A stretch of 64,000 nucleotides of DNA, from NCBI GenBank assembly GCA_050273025.1, contig CP158636.1:2418001-2482000 (forward strand), given 5' to 3'. Source of the stretch: Cenococcum geophilum. Lineage: Eukaryota. The notes beneath the pieces were generated by a model. It searched no databases. It saw nothing but the letters and a program-made list of their open reading frames with translations, and was not told where the DNA came from. Shown here piece by piece: positions 62,025-64,000 of this stretch; positions within the stretch are counted from its first letter, which is position 1, and every line of letters starts with the position of its first letter. The position numbers and the translations under genes are program-made.

Positions 62025-62908
62025 ACCGAATCTTCCGGGGCCTCGCAAAACTTTACATCGAATCGTATCACATTTGGCTGTGCTACACGGTTGAGAATGG
62101 TATTGAGCCTATAGACGATCTAAAATCCCAAATCGCCAAAGCAGAGGAGAAGTTGAAAGCTAGCCCTACGGATACATTCTCTGTCGACTTCATTGCTGTT
62201 GCCAAAGAGTTACAAATCCACACCAATCGAGTTGACTCCCTTGAAAGACTTGACACCCGCATCCTAGAACAGGAGTATATTATTGTGGGATTTGGGGAAT
62301 TGAGCAAAGCATACGAACTTGCGGAAGAATACTTGAAGATGCACATGGCACGTGAGCTTGAGGCGTTGCTTGGGGAGAAGCGCAGGGGAGTTGGTATTTA
62401 AGATAAAATATAGTCAGATTCTCCCATTTCTGGTTAGGGTAGGGAGAAAGAGGCGCAGCATTGCGAAGGGAATAAGTTAATGGCGTCCAGGCAAAGATCA
62501 GTGGTGTGGGGTTCCACAATGAGGCTGTGCAGCTGTGCTTCCTGTCCGTGCTCAAGGCTGAGCGCTTCCTGCTTTAGTTTCTCCTCACAGGACTTGTTTC
62601 TTTTAATGACAGTGCCTGCCTGTCGGGTCATCTATATTTGATCTTAAAACATCTCCATTTCTCATCGCTTATTGTGTTGCCATCACTTCAACAGGGATCT
62701 GCGGAACTACCACTCCAACCAAACTGGCCACCACGGGATGGGACTATTGAGAAGTCTTTGGTGCTGGAGAATCCCTCAGGAGCGGCGCGAAGAAATTACC
62801 CGCGAAGAAATTACCCGCGAAGAGCTTATCCAAAGGTTGGCTTTTTGCCAAGATAGCTTAAGCAGTCCACAAGAGCATTCGGAGACGGCCATCGCGCGGG
62901 TTCCAACT

Positions 62909-64000
62909 ATGACTGGGGAAAACCAGCAATTTCACATAGATCATTCCTCTAGCTCTAGGTATGGTCAAGGAAATGCCCGATCAACAGAATCACACCTTAT
63001 GAACCTTCCGGTTGAGCTTATACAACACATTGCAGCATTCGCTGACCCGCCAGCTGCTGCGGCCCTCACTCTCGTCAGCCGGCCTTTATGCGCCGTCATT
63101 GGCACGCAAGCATGGGAGAACGTTTCGAAAGACATGGACAGCCTTGAAGACAGGGAGCGGTTTCTTCTGCTCCTTGAGAGAGATTTATTGCTGTTCTGCT
63201 ACTGCCCCAGGTGCAAAATCTTGCATCGGAGGTTCCTCCCGGGAGTCCCGTTCACGCCGCATCCTGTCGACAAGCATGATCGCGGTATTAACGCTTATCT
63301 CCCAAGTCCAGGAGATCACGTTCATTACCGTGATGTCCGGTCTGTGATGAAGCGGCATTTCTGGGGTAAAGAGTACGGCCAGCCCCTCAAAATCCTCTAC
63401 CGCGACGTGGAGGTTCAGAAACCGAGTTATTTGATCCAGTATCACGCCCGGGCTCGAATTATTGCAGATGAGCTTATCCTCCGCATGCGCTGGAAATTGT
63501 CTAACTTGGAGCCACTCGAGCCCGTAAGTCTGGAAATATGTCCTCACCAGATTCTTCACACGACACCCTCGAACAATCGAACCATCCTTATGCATCCAGC
63601 CCGAAACGCACTAGGGAATATCATTAATTGTAAGTGGCTCCATGCACATCCAGAACGACCAAAATGTAGCCAGTGCTGGTGGCGGAGGGAGAAGAGCAAA
63701 TGCACCCACATATCTAAGCAACCAGAATCTGAAGGACCGGTATCCTGCTCAATGTGCGACGGCGTTAGACGGTGTGGGCACTGTGCCACGGACTTCGAGG
63801 TCTCTGTTGTCATGAAGTCGCGGGAATGGGAGATCCACATCGACTCTTGGCTCAATCTCGGACATGGGAGCTCTCTGGATGACCCTAAGTGGAAATCTCA
63901 TAAGATGGGATCGAGTGATTGGGCCTTATCTGGGGAAGGGGAAGCTCATGCCGACTCGCTGCCTCCACCAGGGAGTATTAAGCGGGCTTATTACAGCCTC
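62909..64000 (+). CDS. F-box domain protein (runs off the window end)
   Basis: Open frame from ATG 62909 to the end of the window, so it is absent from the ORF track. LMNLPVELIQHIAAF...ALTLVSR (F-box), CPRCKILH, RCGHCATDF, WLNLG...DPKW. Confidence 0.8.
   Translation, partial: MTGENQQFHIDHSSSSRYGQGNARSTESHLMNLPVELIQHIAAFADPPAAAALTLVSRPLCAVIGTQAWENVSKDMDSLEDRERFLLLLERDLLLFCYCPRCKILHRRFLPGVPFTPHPVDKHDRGINAYLPSPGDHVHYRDVRSVMKRHFWGKEYGQPLKILYRDVEVQKPSYLIQYHARARIIADELILRMRWKLSNLEPLEPVSLEICPHQILHTTPSNNRTILMHPARNALGNIINCKWLHAHPERPKCSQCWWRREKSKCTHISKQPESEGPVSCSMCDGVRRCGHCATDFEVSVVMKSREWEIHIDSWLNLGHGSSLDDPKWKSHKMGSSDWALSGEGEAHADSLPPPGSIKRAYYSL

Larger units (their letters stand above)
60547..62401 (+). 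pseudogene. Hypothetical gene disrupted by a hAT MITE and one TAG
   Basis: Removing 60829-62032 joins ...RNMD*IDRI to FRGLAKLYIESYH... in frame; single stop at 60814-60816. Function unknown. Confidence 0.7.

Noticed and set aside
61997..62401. Stand-alone 134-aa gene
   Set aside because: Its start lies inside the MITE; it is the 3' half of the gene beginning at 60547.
62786..62823. 15-bp tandem repeat upstream of the F-box gene
   Set aside because: Only about 2.5 copies; no evidence of function.

Overview
Eukaryotic DNA from a filamentous ascomycete (Pezizomycotina), judged from spliceosomal introns, an ATG11 gene, HET and F-box genes, and RIP-type C-to-T/G-to-A decay of repeats. The window opens with the 3' part of ATG11. 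An accessory zone follows: L-amino-acid-oxidase and nitrilase-family pseudogenes, an intact BAHD/Tri101-like acyltransferase, a HET gene with three TAG stops, an egghead-like GT2 glycosyltransferase, two transposon-broken hypothetical genes and an F-box gene. About two thirds of the window is nested transposons, most of which resolve by TIR/LTR and target-site duplications (TSDs). One nest of 32 kb sits inside a single hAT (9997-42020); another of 10.8 kb sits inside a Copia (47984-58766). The most notable find is a ~1 kb non-coding retroposon on the minus strand (40046-41035). It has a 16-bp TSD, and its first nucleotide is the G+1 of a complete HDV-like ribozyme fold with a non-canonical, compensated P1.1. 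Also seen: self-priming (Tf1-like) primer-binding sites in two LTR elements, an antisense Zn2Cys6-like ORF in a chromovirus, a near-perfect hairpin between divergent genes, and a possible alternative ATG11 C-terminus. Everything was read by eye; no searches or folding were run.
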